A DNA stretch of 64,000 nt from Bifidobacterium breve (lineage in GTDB: Bacteria; Actinomycetota; Actinomycetes; Nanopelagicales; Nanopelagicaceae), in assembly GCA_945876865.1 (NCBI GenBank), contig CAMCPZ010000002.1, forward strand, positions 16,548 through 80,547. The letters run 5' to 3'. This document shows, in pieces, positions 20,313 to 29,875 of the stretch (positions are counted from its first letter, which is position 1; every line of letters starts with the position of its first letter). The translations under genes were made by a program, and so were the position numbers. The notes under the pieces were generated by a model. That model was not told the DNA's origin. It made no database searches and saw nothing but the letters and a program-made list of their open reading frames with translations.

Positions 20313-20985
20313 GTGCTGCACCACCGCCGCCACCGAGATTTAGTTTTCCACCACCGGAACCTGTGAACTTAAGTTCTTTCAAGTAGCTGGTGTCGTTCAT
20401 TAAACGAAGACGTGCTCCATCTCTTGTTAAATCAAGGACAGTTAAGGAGGCTGGATCGATGGACAAGCTCTGGAAATTATCTAAGTTCAACCCTAGAAAG
20501 CCTGCAACTATCGCCTTGATTACATCGCCGTGGGAACAGAGCAGAATGCTCTTTCCTGGTATTGAAAGGTTGGTCACGGCTTCCAAAGATCTGCTCTGCA
20601 TTTCCAGAAAACTTTCACCGTTTGGAAATCGGACGAGACTTGGACGATTTTGTATTGTTGTCCAAAGTTTATTCCGAGATAGAAGCGCCAGTTTTTTTCC
20701 CGACCAATCACCGTATTCCATTTCGATCAATCCATCAGAGAGCTGGATTTCCTTCTTTAGTTCAGCAGCTAAAGGTTCTAAGGTTTGAACGCATCTAGGG
20801 AGTGGGCTGCTATATATTTTTGCAAATTTTCTATCAGATAACTCTGTCGCAACTGCTTTAGCCTGCTTCTCGCCCACAGAAGATAATCTGACACTGAAGT
20901 CCCGGCCGGCTAGAACTGATTTCGCGTTCGCAGTGGAATGACCATGGCGAAGCAGATAAATAACCGCAGGTTTATCGGCTCGCAT
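20305..20985 (-). CDS. Histidine phosphatase (MSMEG_4193-family phosphomutase)
   Basis: LLRHGHSTAN, SSPLPRC, FPNGES, SHGDVIKA. Confidence 0.9.
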   Translation of the reverse strand: MRADKPAVIYLLRHGHSTANAKSVLAGRDFSVRLSSVGEKQAKAVATELSDRKFAKIYSSPLPRCVQTLEPLAAELKKEIQLSDGLIEMEYGDWSGKKLALLSRNKLWTTIQNRPSLVRFPNGESFLEMQSRSLEAVTNLSIPGKSILLCSHGDVIKAIVAGFLGLNLDNFQSLSIDPASLTVLDLTRDGARLRLMNDTSYLKELKFTGSGGGKLNLGGGGGAARE

Positions 20986-21034
20986 GAGGCCAAGGTTACC
21001 GATTATTCAGCAGCCGTCTTGCTAGGGTGGCATC

Positions 21035-21988
21035 ATGGAGAAACGCATACTCGGTAATTCTGGGCTACGCGTTTCCCGACTCGGTCTCGGCACCATGACT
21101 TGGGGACGCGATACCGACGAACATGAAGCTGCCGACCAGTTAAAGACCTTCTTGGATGCTGGCGGAAATCTTATTGATACCGCGGCGATGTACGGAGATG
21201 GCGATAGTGAACGCGTAATAGGTGGCTTTATTGGAACTCTTGCAAAACGAGAAGATCTGGTAATCGCAACAAAGGCTGGCATATCTTTCACAGCAGGAGA
21301 AAGAAGCGTAAATAACTCTAGAACAAATCTACTTAGCGATCTCGATAAATCATTGTCGAGACTTGGTGTGGAGTATGTCGATCTCTGGCAGATTCATACT
21401 TGGGATCCAATGGTCCCACTGGAGGAAACCCTCTCCGCAGTCGACCAGGCGGTCTCTTCTGGTCGCGTGAGGTATGTAGGTGTCTCTAACTTCTCGGGAT
21501 GGCAATTGGCTAGAGCAGCAACTCTTCAAAATCCAATCTTTGGAAAATCGCCTATCGTCTCGACCCAAGTCGAATATTCATTACTTAATCGCGGAATCGA
21601 AGCTGAAGTTATTCCTGCGAGCATCGAGATGAACATAGGAGTCTTGGCCTGGTCACCAATCGGCCGAGGGGTCTTAACAGGCAAGTATCGAAATGGTTCA
21701 CCTTCGGATTCGCGTGGGGCAAGTCCGCATTTCAGCGGTTTCATCGCACCATATTTGGATGAACGATCTCGCAAAATCGTGGATGCGGTTTGCGTTGCTA
21801 GTGAAGGCTTGGGTTATTCGCCACTAGAAGTAGCGCTCTCCTGGGTTCGTGAGGGTTACGGTGTTACTAGCGCAATTGTTGGCGCCAGAACTGCAGCACA
21901 ATTGCGTGGAATTCTTACCGTAGAAGAAATCACTTTGCCAGAGCAGGTTAGAGCAGCTCTGGATGAAATCTCGGCAGACATAAATTAA
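21035..21988 (+). CDS. Aldo/keto reductase
   Basis: LGLGTMTWG, DTAAMYGDG, ATKAG, YVGVSNF, WSPIGRGVLTGKY. Confidence 0.93.
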   Translation: MEKRILGNSGLRVSRLGLGTMTWGRDTDEHEAADQLKTFLDAGGNLIDTAAMYGDGDSERVIGGFIGTLAKREDLVIATKAGISFTAGERSVNNSRTNLLSDLDKSLSRLGVEYVDLWQIHTWDPMVPLEETLSAVDQAVSSGRVRYVGVSNFSGWQLARAATLQNPIFGKSPIVSTQVEYSLLNRGIEAEVIPASIEMNIGVLAWSPIGRGVLTGKYRNGSPSDSRGASPHFSGFIAPYLDERSRKIVDAVCVASEGLGYSPLEVALSWVREGYGVTSAIVGARTAAQLRGILTVEEITLPEQVRAALDEISADIN

Positions 21989-23298
21989 CTGTTCTGAAGG
22001 AATTCATTTAAAACTTTAACGCCAAATTTAAGACCATCGATCGGAATTCGTTCATCAACCCCATGGAAAAGCGCAAAGAAATCTAGATCCGGTGGCAATT
22101 TAACTGGGCTAAATCCATATCCAATTATTCCTAAATCTGAGAGCGCTTTGTTATCCGTTCCACCACTCATTAAATATGGAACTGGTATGCCCTCTGGGTC
22201 AAACTTGGCAAGCGCTGCCTTCATGGCATCGACCAATGGTCCTTCAAAATCTACTTCTAAAGCTTTGTCACGAACCAGAACTTCAATTTCAATTTCATCC
22301 CCGGCTAATCTTGAAATAGTCTCCAGCAATTCATCCTCATAACCAGGTAGGAAACGTCCGTCAACAACAGCTGTTGCCTGTTGTGGAATCACATTTGCTT
22401 TGTAGCCCGCATTTAACATTGTTGGATTTGCGGTGTTCTGAATTGTTGCACCTAACATGCGAGCCGCTTCTCCGATATGTTTTAAAAGTGGGCGAGGATT
22501 CTTGGGATCATATTTCTCGCCAGTCAATTCAGCGATTTTCGACCAGAATTTTGCACCAGTTTTCGTCTCGATCTGAGGCCACTCGTACGAACCAATTCGT
22601 GCTACCGCTGCCGCTAACTTGGTGACCGCATTCTTTGGATTAATGAACGATCCATGCCCTGCTTCGCCCTTTGCTTTAAGTTGAAGCCAGTTAATTCCCT
22701 TTTGCGCACCCTCAATAAAATAGAGTCGGTGTCCTCCAGTAATTGTCACCGAAAATCCACCAACCTCCGAAATTGCTTCGGTGTAACCCTTAAATATTTC
22801 AGGACGGTTCTTAACTAGATATCTAGAACCATATTCGCTGCCCGCCTCTTCATCTGCAAAAAAGACAAGGAGTATGTTTCTCGGCGGTTTATAGTTTGCG
22901 CGTTTCCAAGCCCGCACTGTTGCAATGATCATTGCATCCATATCTTTCATATCTACAGCGCCGCGACCCCACAAATATCCATCTTTGATAACCCCACCAA
23001 ATGGATCAACTGACCAGTCATCGGCATTTGCTGGAACTACATCCAAATGGCCGTGAACAACCAGGCCAGGACGCGAGGTGTCGGTGCCTTCTATCTTCGC
23101 GACGACGTTGACGCGATTTTCTCCCGTAACGATTAGTTCGCATGCAATTCCAACTTCATTCAGCTTCTCAGCAACGTAAGATGCGATGGCTCTCTCATCG
23201 CCAATACCTTCACCGTGATTAACACTGGGTATGCGAATCATTTCCTGGCAGATAGAAATACATTCTGCTTCTAGAAGTGCAAGATCTATCGCTTCCAT
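21985..23298 (-). CDS. M20/M25/M40 metallo-hydrolase (ArgE/DapE-like)
   Basis: HGHLDVVPA, GRGAVDMK, ADEEAG, GGTD, HGVDER; ATG23298 has a GAGGA SD, and the longer ORF would run into the tRNA. Confidence 0.92.
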   Translation of the reverse strand: MEAIDLALLEAECISICQEMIRIPSVNHGEGIGDERAIASYVAEKLNEVGIACELIVTGENRVNVVAKIEGTDTSRPGLVVHGHLDVVPANADDWSVDPFGGVIKDGYLWGRGAVDMKDMDAMIIATVRAWKRANYKPPRNILLVFFADEEAGSEYGSRYLVKNRPEIFKGYTEAISEVGGFSVTITGGHRLYFIEGAQKGINWLQLKAKGEAGHGSFINPKNAVTKLAAAVARIGSYEWPQIETKTGAKFWSKIAELTGEKYDPKNPRPLLKHIGEAARMLGATIQNTANPTMLNAGYKANVIPQQATAVVDGRFLPGYEDELLETISRLAGDEIEIEVLVRDKALEVDFEGPLVDAMKAALAKFDPEGIPVPYLMSGGTDNKALSDLGIIGYGFSPVKLPPDLDFFALFHGVDERIPIDGLKFGVKVLNEFLQNS

Positions 23299-23357
23299 AC
23301 CGTCCGAATCCTCTTTAGGGTTTCCCACTCGCCTATCTTGCCTTAGTATCAACTCGA

Positions 23358-23387
23358 TTGTGATGATGTGCGCGTGATTGGTATCCT
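23358..23387 (+). promoter_or_regulatory. Putative tRNA promoter (TTGTGA-18-TATCCT, extended -10 TGG)
   Basis: Hexamer match about 30 nt upstream of the tRNA. Confidence 0.45.
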
Positions 23388-23416
23388 TTCGCCAAGAAAT
23401 AGAGATTTTTACACTG

Positions 23417-23503
23417 GTCCGGGTGGCGGAATTGGCAGACGCGCTAGCTTGAGGTGTTAGTTCCCGCAAGGGATTAGGGGTTCAAGTCCCCTCTCGGACA
23501 CCA
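23417..23503 (+). tRNA. tRNA-Leu(GAG)
   Basis: GTCCGGG/CTCGGAC acceptor stem, D loop GGAATTGGCAGAC, anticodon arm CTAGC-TTGAGGT-GTTAG, long variable arm, GTTCAAGTC, encoded CCA. Confidence 0.97.
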
Positions 23504-23552
23504 GAACTACTTCTGAAATTTGCAGATCACTAAAAATGGATAAGGAGCAAAA

Positions 23553-24593
23553 ATGCAATCAAAGGGTTATGCCGTTCTCGAAGCATCGAAGCCACTTGTT
23601 CCATTTACCTTTTCTCGCCGCGATCTTCGCCCAGGCGACGTCGCACTTTCAGTCTCTTATGCCGGCATCTGCCACTCGGACATTCATCAAGCTCGCGAAG
23701 AATGGGGTCCCGCGCTCTTTCCAATGGTTCCAGGTCATGAAATCGCTGGCATCGTTACTTCAGTAGGAAGCAACGTAACAAAATTCAAAGTTGGCGACAG
23801 AATTGGTGTCGGGGTATTTATCGATTCCTGTCGTGAATGTTCATCATGTAAATCAGGGCTCGAGCAATATTGCCTTCAAGGCATGACTGGCACGTACAAC
23901 AATTATGAACGAGATGGGAAAACTCTTGCGCAAGGTGGATATGCAGATATTTTTATAGTCGATCAAGATTATGCGGTTTCTATTCCTGACAACCTTGACC
24001 TGGCCGGAGTCGCACCTTTGCTATGTGCTGGTATAACTCTCTTCTCCCCTCTAAAAAATTGGGGCGCTGGTCCAGGAAAGAAAGTGGGAGTGATTGGACT
24101 TGGCGGTCTCGGTCATATGGGACTGAAGTTTTCTGCTGCTCTTGGAGCCCACACCACAGTCTTCTCTCACTCACCAAGCAAAGAGCAAGATGCCCGCAAA
24201 ATGGGTGCTAACGATTTTGTGGTCACAAGCAATCAAAAGGATCTATCAAAGTTAGATAGGGATTTTGATCTAATTCTAAATACGGTTTCTGCGGATATGG
24301 ATCTAACCCCATATCTCCAACTATTGAAACTCAATGGGACGCTTGTGCTCATCGGATTACCCATAAATCCTTACACAATAAACACTCCAGTCCTCTTGGC
24401 TCAGCGACGTTCGATATCAGGGTCAATGATTGGTGGCACCAAGGAGACTCAAGAGATGCTTGATTTCTGCGGCAAGCACAATATTGTGAGCGAAGTTGAA
24501 GTTGTGGATCCGGAATACATCAATCAAGCCTACGAAAGAACTATTTCAAGCGATGTGAAATACCGCTTCGTAATTAACGCGAAGAAATTTTAA
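23553..24593 (+). CDS. Zn-dependent NAD(P) alcohol dehydrogenase (cinnamyl-ADH/AdhC-like)
   Basis: GICHSD, PGHE, CRECSSC..GLEQYC, APLLCAG, GLGGLGH. Confidence 0.93.
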   Translation: MQSKGYAVLEASKPLVPFTFSRRDLRPGDVALSVSYAGICHSDIHQAREEWGPALFPMVPGHEIAGIVTSVGSNVTKFKVGDRIGVGVFIDSCRECSSCKSGLEQYCLQGMTGTYNNYERDGKTLAQGGYADIFIVDQDYAVSIPDNLDLAGVAPLLCAGITLFSPLKNWGAGPGKKVGVIGLGGLGHMGLKFSAALGAHTTVFSHSPSKEQDARKMGANDFVVTSNQKDLSKLDRDFDLILNTVSADMDLTPYLQLLKLNGTLVLIGLPINPYTINTPVLLAQRRSISGSMIGGTKETQEMLDFCGKHNIVSEVEVVDPEYINQAYERTISSDVKYRFVINAKKF

Positions 24594-24597
24594 ACAC

Positions 24598-25332
24598 TTA
24601 TTTGAATTGATGAAGCGCGCCGGCAATTAATGGGGCCAAGAAGAGAGCTGGCAGCAGATTCCCCACGGCAACCTGCTTGATCTTCATTACCCTTAGCGAA
24701 ATTCCCAATAAGAGAATTCCACCGGTCGCCGTCATCGCCAAGATTTGATAATCGGGAAGAACTGTTCCCAGAAAGAGGCCGACTCCGGTCCAGGCGAATT
24801 GGTAAATACCAACTGGGATAGTGGAAACTGCAACTCCCCAACCCAACGAAGCTGCAAATGGAATTGAAATCACGCCATCCAAAATGCTCTTCAAAACTAG
24901 TTGGTCAATTCCAGTTCCCATTCCATCACTAATAGACCCGAGAATAGCCATCGGGCCGATAACGAATAAAAGCGAAGCGGTGACGAAGCCATCGACAAAT
25001 GGGCTTGAACCGTTTGGATCAAATCTGGCCTTTAATCTGACCCCAAATCTTTCAAGTCGATTCTCAATATCCAGAGCATTTCCGATTAAGGCACCAATGA
25101 GAAGAGCCGCCAACATGGCGAAAATCGGCCAGCCCTGAGGCAGCTCGGAAACAAGTTTTTGATTCCATAACTCTTTGATTGCATCCGCCGCTGCCAGCAA
25201 AGTAACAAAACCTAAAACAGTGATAATCAACTCTCGAGTGTGTTCGCGGAATTTAGCGCCAACAAAAATACCAAGCGCGGAACCAAGGAGAATTGCTGCA
25301 ATATTTATTACCGTGCCCAGACCAACAAACAT
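24598..25332 (-). CDS. DUF554 family membrane protein
   Basis: GLGTVIN, FVDGFVTASLLF..GPMAILGSI.DG, KSILDG, NLLPAL. Confidence 0.88.
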   Translation of the reverse strand: MFVGLGTVINIAAILLGSALGIFVGAKFREHTRELIITVLGFVTLLAAADAIKELWNQKLVSELPQGWPIFAMLAALLIGALIGNALDIENRLERFGVRLKARFDPNGSSPFVDGFVTASLLFVIGPMAILGSISDGMGTGIDQLVLKSILDGVISIPFAASLGWGVAVSTIPVGIYQFAWTGVGLFLGTVLPDYQILAMTATGGILLLGISLRVMKIKQVAVGNLLPALFLAPLIAGALHQFK

Positions 25333-25367
25333 TGTTTACCCCTCTGACTAATCGGTAGACTCTAACA

Positions 25368-26057
25368 GTGAATCCCCAAGAATTTCTTCAGAAGATCTGG
25401 CGCTTTCTCCAACCCGCAAAAACTATTCCACGCACCTTCTGGACTGCGAAGAGCCGATGGTCTGTAACACCGAAAATATTCACTTTTTTGATAGTTGGAC
25501 TATCTCTCTTCGGAATCGGAGAAGCGCTTTTAATACAATCAACTCTTGGTAACTCACCTTGGTCCGTATTTGCGCAAGGCCTCTCGCTTCAAACTCCATT
25601 GAGTATTGGAGAAAGCACTGCGATAACAAGTTTGGTTGTCTTGGCTCTCTGGATACCACTTAGAGAAAAGCCTGGGTTCGGAACACTTGCCAACATCGCT
25701 GTGATTAGTATTTTTATTCAACTTGGCGTCGATCACATTCCAGCCGCAACTATGAACTTTCCACTTCAGTTTCTCTATGTAGTTATTGGCGTGGGGCTCG
25801 TAGGATTTGGCTCTGCTATTTACATTACTTGCGGACTTGGTCCGGGCCCGCGTGACGGACTTATGACTTCGTTGCACAAGAAAACTGGCGCTCGAATTTC
25901 AAGGGTTAGGTTGTCAATAGAGGTAACTGTCTTGATCGCAGGCGCGGCTCTCGGTGGAACCGTAGGACTAGGAACCGCTATCTTCGCCCTCTTTATTGGT
26001 ATCTCAATTGCAACCAATCTCAACTTTGTAACTAAATTATCCAATCGACTGGCTTAA
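25368..26057 (+). CDS. YczE/YyaS/YitT-family membrane protein
   Basis: LGNSPWSVF.QG, PGFGT..N, LGPGPRDGLM, GGTVGLGT. Confidence 0.85.
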   Translation: MNPQEFLQKIWRFLQPAKTIPRTFWTAKSRWSVTPKIFTFLIVGLSLFGIGEALLIQSTLGNSPWSVFAQGLSLQTPLSIGESTAITSLVVLALWIPLREKPGFGTLANIAVISIFIQLGVDHIPAATMNFPLQFLYVVIGVGLVGFGSAIYITCGLGPGPRDGLMTSLHKKTGARISRVRLSIEVTVLIAGAALGGTVGLGTAIFALFIGISIATNLNFVTKLSNRLA

Positions 26058-26685
26058 TCCCCAGCTCAATCAATCGATTGTTCGCATTCGTAAAGGGCCT
26101 TGAGCCGAAGAAACCTCGATAAGCCGATAGCGGACTTGGATGAGCACTAATCAAGGAATTACCACTGGGAATAAATCGTTGAAGTTGGGCAGCGTGCTTT
26201 CCCCACAAGATGAAAACTACGGACGAAGTAGCAAGATACTTAACAACTTGGTCTGTAAAATCTATCCAGCCAATCTTTCCATGCCCCTGACTAGTGTTAG
26301 GGAGAGTCGTAAGTGATGTGTTCAGGAGCATCACTCCCCTGGATTGCCAATCTGATAGATCTCCAGTTTTTGGAACAAAACCGATATCGCTCTCTAACTC
26401 TTTGCAAATATTTTTCAGAGTTGGGGGTATTTTTTTGACAGTCGATGGAACACTAAAAGCCAGACCTGTTGCATGATCTGGATTTGGATATGGGTCTTGA
26501 CCTACGATGCAGACTTTTACCTCAGAAATTGGTTGCTCGAAGGCAGCAAAGATTCGGTTCTGCTCTGGGATGTAAGGCTTGTTAAGTTCAATCTTGCTTA
26601 ATAAATGTTTAGATGACGGTAGCGCCTCTTGCCATTGTCGTGGCAGTAAATCAAAGAGCATTGCCAACAGCATTGCCAACAGCAT
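26032..26685 (-). CDS. ung: Uracil-DNA glycosylase (start ambiguous: 26685, 26673 or 26661)
   Basis: GQDPYP, GLAFSV, PPTLKNI, LLN, HPSPLS. Confidence 0.95.
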   Translation of the reverse strand: MLLAMLLAMLFDLLPRQWQEALPSSKHLLSKIELNKPYIPEQNRIFAAFEQPISEVKVCIVGQDPYPNPDHATGLAFSVPSTVKKIPPTLKNICKELESDIGFVPKTGDLSDWQSRGVMLLNTSLTTLPNTSQGHGKIGWIDFTDQVVKYLATSSVVFILWGKHAAQLQRFIPSGNSLISAHPSPLSAYRGFFGSRPFTNANNRLIELGIKPVDWII

Positions 26686-27457
26686 TGGCTGAGTAGCGAT
26701 TGTTAGTCATCGTTACGCTGATCTGCATGTCATAGGCCAAACTCAAATTTTCAGATGTAATCACGCCACTGATAGGCCCACTACTAACAACACTTCCATT
26801 TTTCAGAAGAAGCGCATGTGTAGAGCCCGCTGGAATCTCCTCAATATGATGAGTAATTATTAGAGTTACGGGTGCATATGGATCCGTCGCAAGCAGATCG
26901 AATCGGTTCAATAAATCCTCTCGGCCACCTAAATCCAAACCGGATGCCGGCTCATCGAGTAACAAGATTTCAGGATCCGCCATTAGCGATCTAGATATTA
27001 GAACCCGTTTTTTCTCGCCCTCGCTCAAAGTGTTGAATCTGCGTTGCGCCAACTCGCGAACCCCAAGCGTGGTTAATAGAGCCTGCGCTCTAGATTCATC
27101 CCATAGCTCATAGCTCTCATTCCATCTACCCAACATGGCATACGCGGCAGTTAAGACGATATCAATTACTTTTTCATCTTCGGGAAATAGATTTACAAGA
27201 GTCGATCCCATGAAACCTACTCTCGGTCTCAATTCGAAAACATCGACAGCTCCTAACTTGGATCCAAGAATTTCTGCGGAACCGGAAGTTGGATGAATTT
27301 GCGCGGAGCAGATAGAGAATAAGGTTGATTTACCGGCGCCATTTGGCCCCAAAATAACCCACCGCTCGTTCTCGTTTACTTGCCAATCCAACGGCCCCAA
27401 AATAGTTTTACCATCGCGAATGACCGAAACTTTTTGTAGATTGAGAACTGGAATCAC
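26651..27457 (-). CDS. ABC transporter ATP-binding protein (orphan)
   Basis: GPNGAGKS, LSEGEKKR, LLLDEP, H-loop ITHH. Confidence 0.92.
   Translation of the reverse strand: MIPVLNLQKVSVIRDGKTILGPLDWQVNENERWVILGPNGAGKSTLFSICSAQIHPTSGSAEILGSKLGAVDVFELRPRVGFMGSTLVNLFPEDEKVIDIVLTAAYAMLGRWNESYELWDESRAQALLTTLGVRELAQRRFNTLSEGEKKRVLISRSLMADPEILLLDEPASGLDLGGREDLLNRFDLLATDPYAPVTLIITHHIEEIPAGSTHALLLKNGSVVSSGPISGVITSENLSLAYDMQISVTMTNNRYSANAVGNAVGNAL
26657..26687 (+). repeat. 12-bp tandem repeat AGCATTGCCAAC x2.6 in the ABC/ung overlap
   Basis: Read directly; encodes NAVG repeats in one frame and MLLA repeats in another. Confidence 0.9.
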
Positions 27458-27516
27458 AGGCGTAAAGATACCCGTAAGCGAGGCGAGTTAAGGTTATTAA
27501 CCGCTAATCTAGGCGG

Positions 27517-28722
27517 GTGAGCCAAATAAACACAGAACATACTGGCCTGATTCTAATTTCCGGAGTTGATGCCCCTGGGGTTACCCAAGCACTTTTCGCT
27601 GCACTTGACCCATTCTCAATAACAATATTGGATATCGAACAGGTTGTAATCCGCGGAAGATTGATACTGACAACGCTAATTTCTTTAGATCCTGCGCATG
27701 CTCAAGCCATAGAAACTGATCTATTAGATGCAACATCGAAGCTTGGCTTAGATCTAGCGATAGATTTTTCAGATCAGCCAAAGGGTGAAAGTAGAAATTC
27801 GAATCTTCATATTATCGTTCTTTCAGAGAATCTTAGACCTGCCGGTATTGGTGCACTAGCCAGCAAAATTGCAGAACAAGGCGGAAATATTGACCGGATC
27901 CATAGAACCGCTTCTTATCCACTTACGGCTATTGAGTTTGAGGTCTCACTTAATTTAGACGATGATAAGTTGAAAATAGTTCAACGTGAACTCGCTGAAA
28001 TTGCTCAGAACAGCGGCATTGATATTGCGGTAGAACAGAGCGGTCTAGTCCGTCGTGCGAAGAGAATAGTTCTCCTAGATATGGATTCCACCTTGATCCA
28101 ACAAGAAGTTATAGACCTTCTCGCCGAGAGATGTGGGGTCGGAGCTGAAGTTGCGGTAATTACGCAAGCCGCGATGCGCGGAGAACTTGATTTTACCGAG
28201 TCATTAACCGCGAGAGTGAAATTACTTGCCGGTGCTAACGCCGAGATTCTAGAGTCAGTCAAAACGAGTATTACTTTGACGCCAGGAGCTAGAACGCTGA
28301 TCCGCACCCTACACAAACTTGGTCACAAGGTAGGAGTAGTTTCTGGTGGATTTTTGGATGTAATCGAGCCACTGTTAAAAGAGCTAGAGATTGATTTCTA
28401 CCGCGCCAATAAATTGGAAATTACAGATGGGAAACTAACCGGAAGCGTTCTTGGTTCAATTGTCGATAAGAACGGCAAGGCTCTCGCCCTACGCGAATTT
28501 GCATCAGCCGAGAACGTAAATCTCTCGCAGACAATCGCTATCGGTGATGGGGCTAATGATTTAGGAATGCTCGAGCTCGCTGGATTGGGTATCGCCTTCA
28601 ATGCAAAACCAGCGGTACGAGCCGCAGCAAATAGTTCGATTACTTCGCCTTATCTAGATTCAGTTCTCTACCTAATGGGCATCACGAGAAATGAAATCGA
28701 AGATGCTGATCGGAATAATTAA
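27517..28722 (+). CDS. serB: Phosphoserine phosphatase with two ACT domains
   Basis: DMDSTLIQQEVID, VSGGF, GDGANDL, AFNAKP. Confidence 0.95.
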   Translation: MSQINTEHTGLILISGVDAPGVTQALFAALDPFSITILDIEQVVIRGRLILTTLISLDPAHAQAIETDLLDATSKLGLDLAIDFSDQPKGESRNSNLHIIVLSENLRPAGIGALASKIAEQGGNIDRIHRTASYPLTAIEFEVSLNLDDDKLKIVQRELAEIAQNSGIDIAVEQSGLVRRAKRIVLLDMDSTLIQQEVIDLLAERCGVGAEVAVITQAAMRGELDFTESLTARVKLLAGANAEILESVKTSITLTPGARTLIRTLHKLGHKVGVVSGGFLDVIEPLLKELEIDFYRANKLEITDGKLTGSVLGSIVDKNGKALALREFASAENVNLSQTIAIGDGANDLGMLELAGLGIAFNAKPAVRAAANSSITSPYLDSVLYLMGITRNEIEDADRNN

Positions 28723-28725
28723 GAA

Positions 28726-29574
28726 TTAAAGACGGCAGGCGTGGATATCTGTAACCAAGATTCCACGTGCCCCAACTTGCCAGAGTTCATCCATGATTCG
28801 ATTTATGTCGGAGCGCTTAACCATTGCTCGAACCGCATTCCAGTCACTCTTTTGTAGAGGTGAAATTGTTGGCGATTCAATACCCGGAGTAAGAGCGCAG
28901 GCACGCTCTAAATTAATACTCTTAACATCGTAGTCGACCAAGACATACTGTCTAGCGATAACTACGCCATTTAACCTACGGATTAAAGTTTCAATGGCTG
29001 GTGATTTTGGAACACTATTGCGCGTAATTAGAATAGCTTCGCTCTCTAGCAAAACTTCCCCAAAAATAGTTAAACCAGCCGCACGAAGAGTTCCACCAGT
29101 TGATACAACATCGGCAATAACATCGGCAACACCGAGGCGGATCGAGCTTTCAACCGCACCATCAAGACGCACTATCGAGGCCTTGATTTTCTTCGAGGCT
29201 AAGAAACTTTCAAGCAAGCCAGGATATGCCGTCGCGATTCGCTTATTCTGCAAATCAGCAAGCCCCATTTTGGCGCCTGAAGTTGCAGCAAATCTAAAAG
29301 TGCTTTTGCCGAAATCTAGCGGCAGAACTTCTGAGGCTCCCGCGCCAGAATCCAGAAGGAGATCTCTCCCGGTAATTCCAGCTTCCAGTTCCCCACTTCC
29401 CACATAAACCGCAATATCTCTTGGGCGCAAATAATAAAATTCAACATTGTTATCTGGATCTATGAAAACTAGATCACGCAAATCATTCCGTTGACGGTAT
29501 CCTGCTTCCTTCAACATCAATGCTGAACTTTCAGACAATGAACCTTTATTGGGAACAGCTATTTTAAGCGTCAA
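28726..29574 (-). CDS. hisG: ATP phosphoribosyltransferase (long form)
   Basis: IAVPNKGSL, RPRDIA, GAVE, DVVSTGGTL, ESPTISPL. Confidence 0.96.
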   Translation of the reverse strand: MTLKIAVPNKGSLSESSALMLKEAGYRQRNDLRDLVFIDPDNNVEFYYLRPRDIAVYVGSGELEAGITGRDLLLDSGAGASEVLPLDFGKSTFRFAATSGAKMGLADLQNKRIATAYPGLLESFLASKKIKASIVRLDGAVESSIRLGVADVIADVVSTGGTLRAAGLTIFGEVLLESEAILITRNSVPKSPAIETLIRRLNGVVIARQYVLVDYDVKSINLERACALTPGIESPTISPLQKSDWNAVRAMVKRSDINRIMDELWQVGARGILVTDIHACRL

Positions 29575-29586
29575 TTCTCTTCCTAA

Positions 29587-29850
29587 CTATAGGTTCTTGT
29601 AGACGTCGTCTAATTTGATATTTCTAGCTATCATTAAAACTTGGAGATGGTAAATCAGTTGGCTTATCTCTAGCGCTAGTTCACTGTCACCCTGGTATTC
29701 GGCAGCTATCCAAACTTCGCCAGCTTCCTCGATTATCTTCTTACCAATCGCATGAATTCCAGCGTCGAGCTCTTGAACTGTCCCTGAATCTTGTGGCCTT
29801 ACCTGTGCAATCTGATTGAGTTCATCCCACAGCGATTCAAAATTCTTCAT
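29587..29850 (-). CDS. hisE: Phosphoribosyl-ATP pyrophosphatase
   Basis: [25 protein letters not shown]. Confidence 0.95.
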   Translation of the reverse strand: MKNFESLWDELNQIAQVRPQDSGTVQELDAGIHAIGKKIIEEAGEVWIAAEYQGDSELALEISQLIYHLQVLMIARNIKLDDVYKNL

Positions 29851-29875
29851 GCTCGAATTTTAACCTAGATGGAAG

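Noticed and set aside
23299-23469. 57-aa N-terminal extension of the M20 peptidase ORF
   Set aside because: It overlaps the tRNA and its promoter; ATG23298 has an SD
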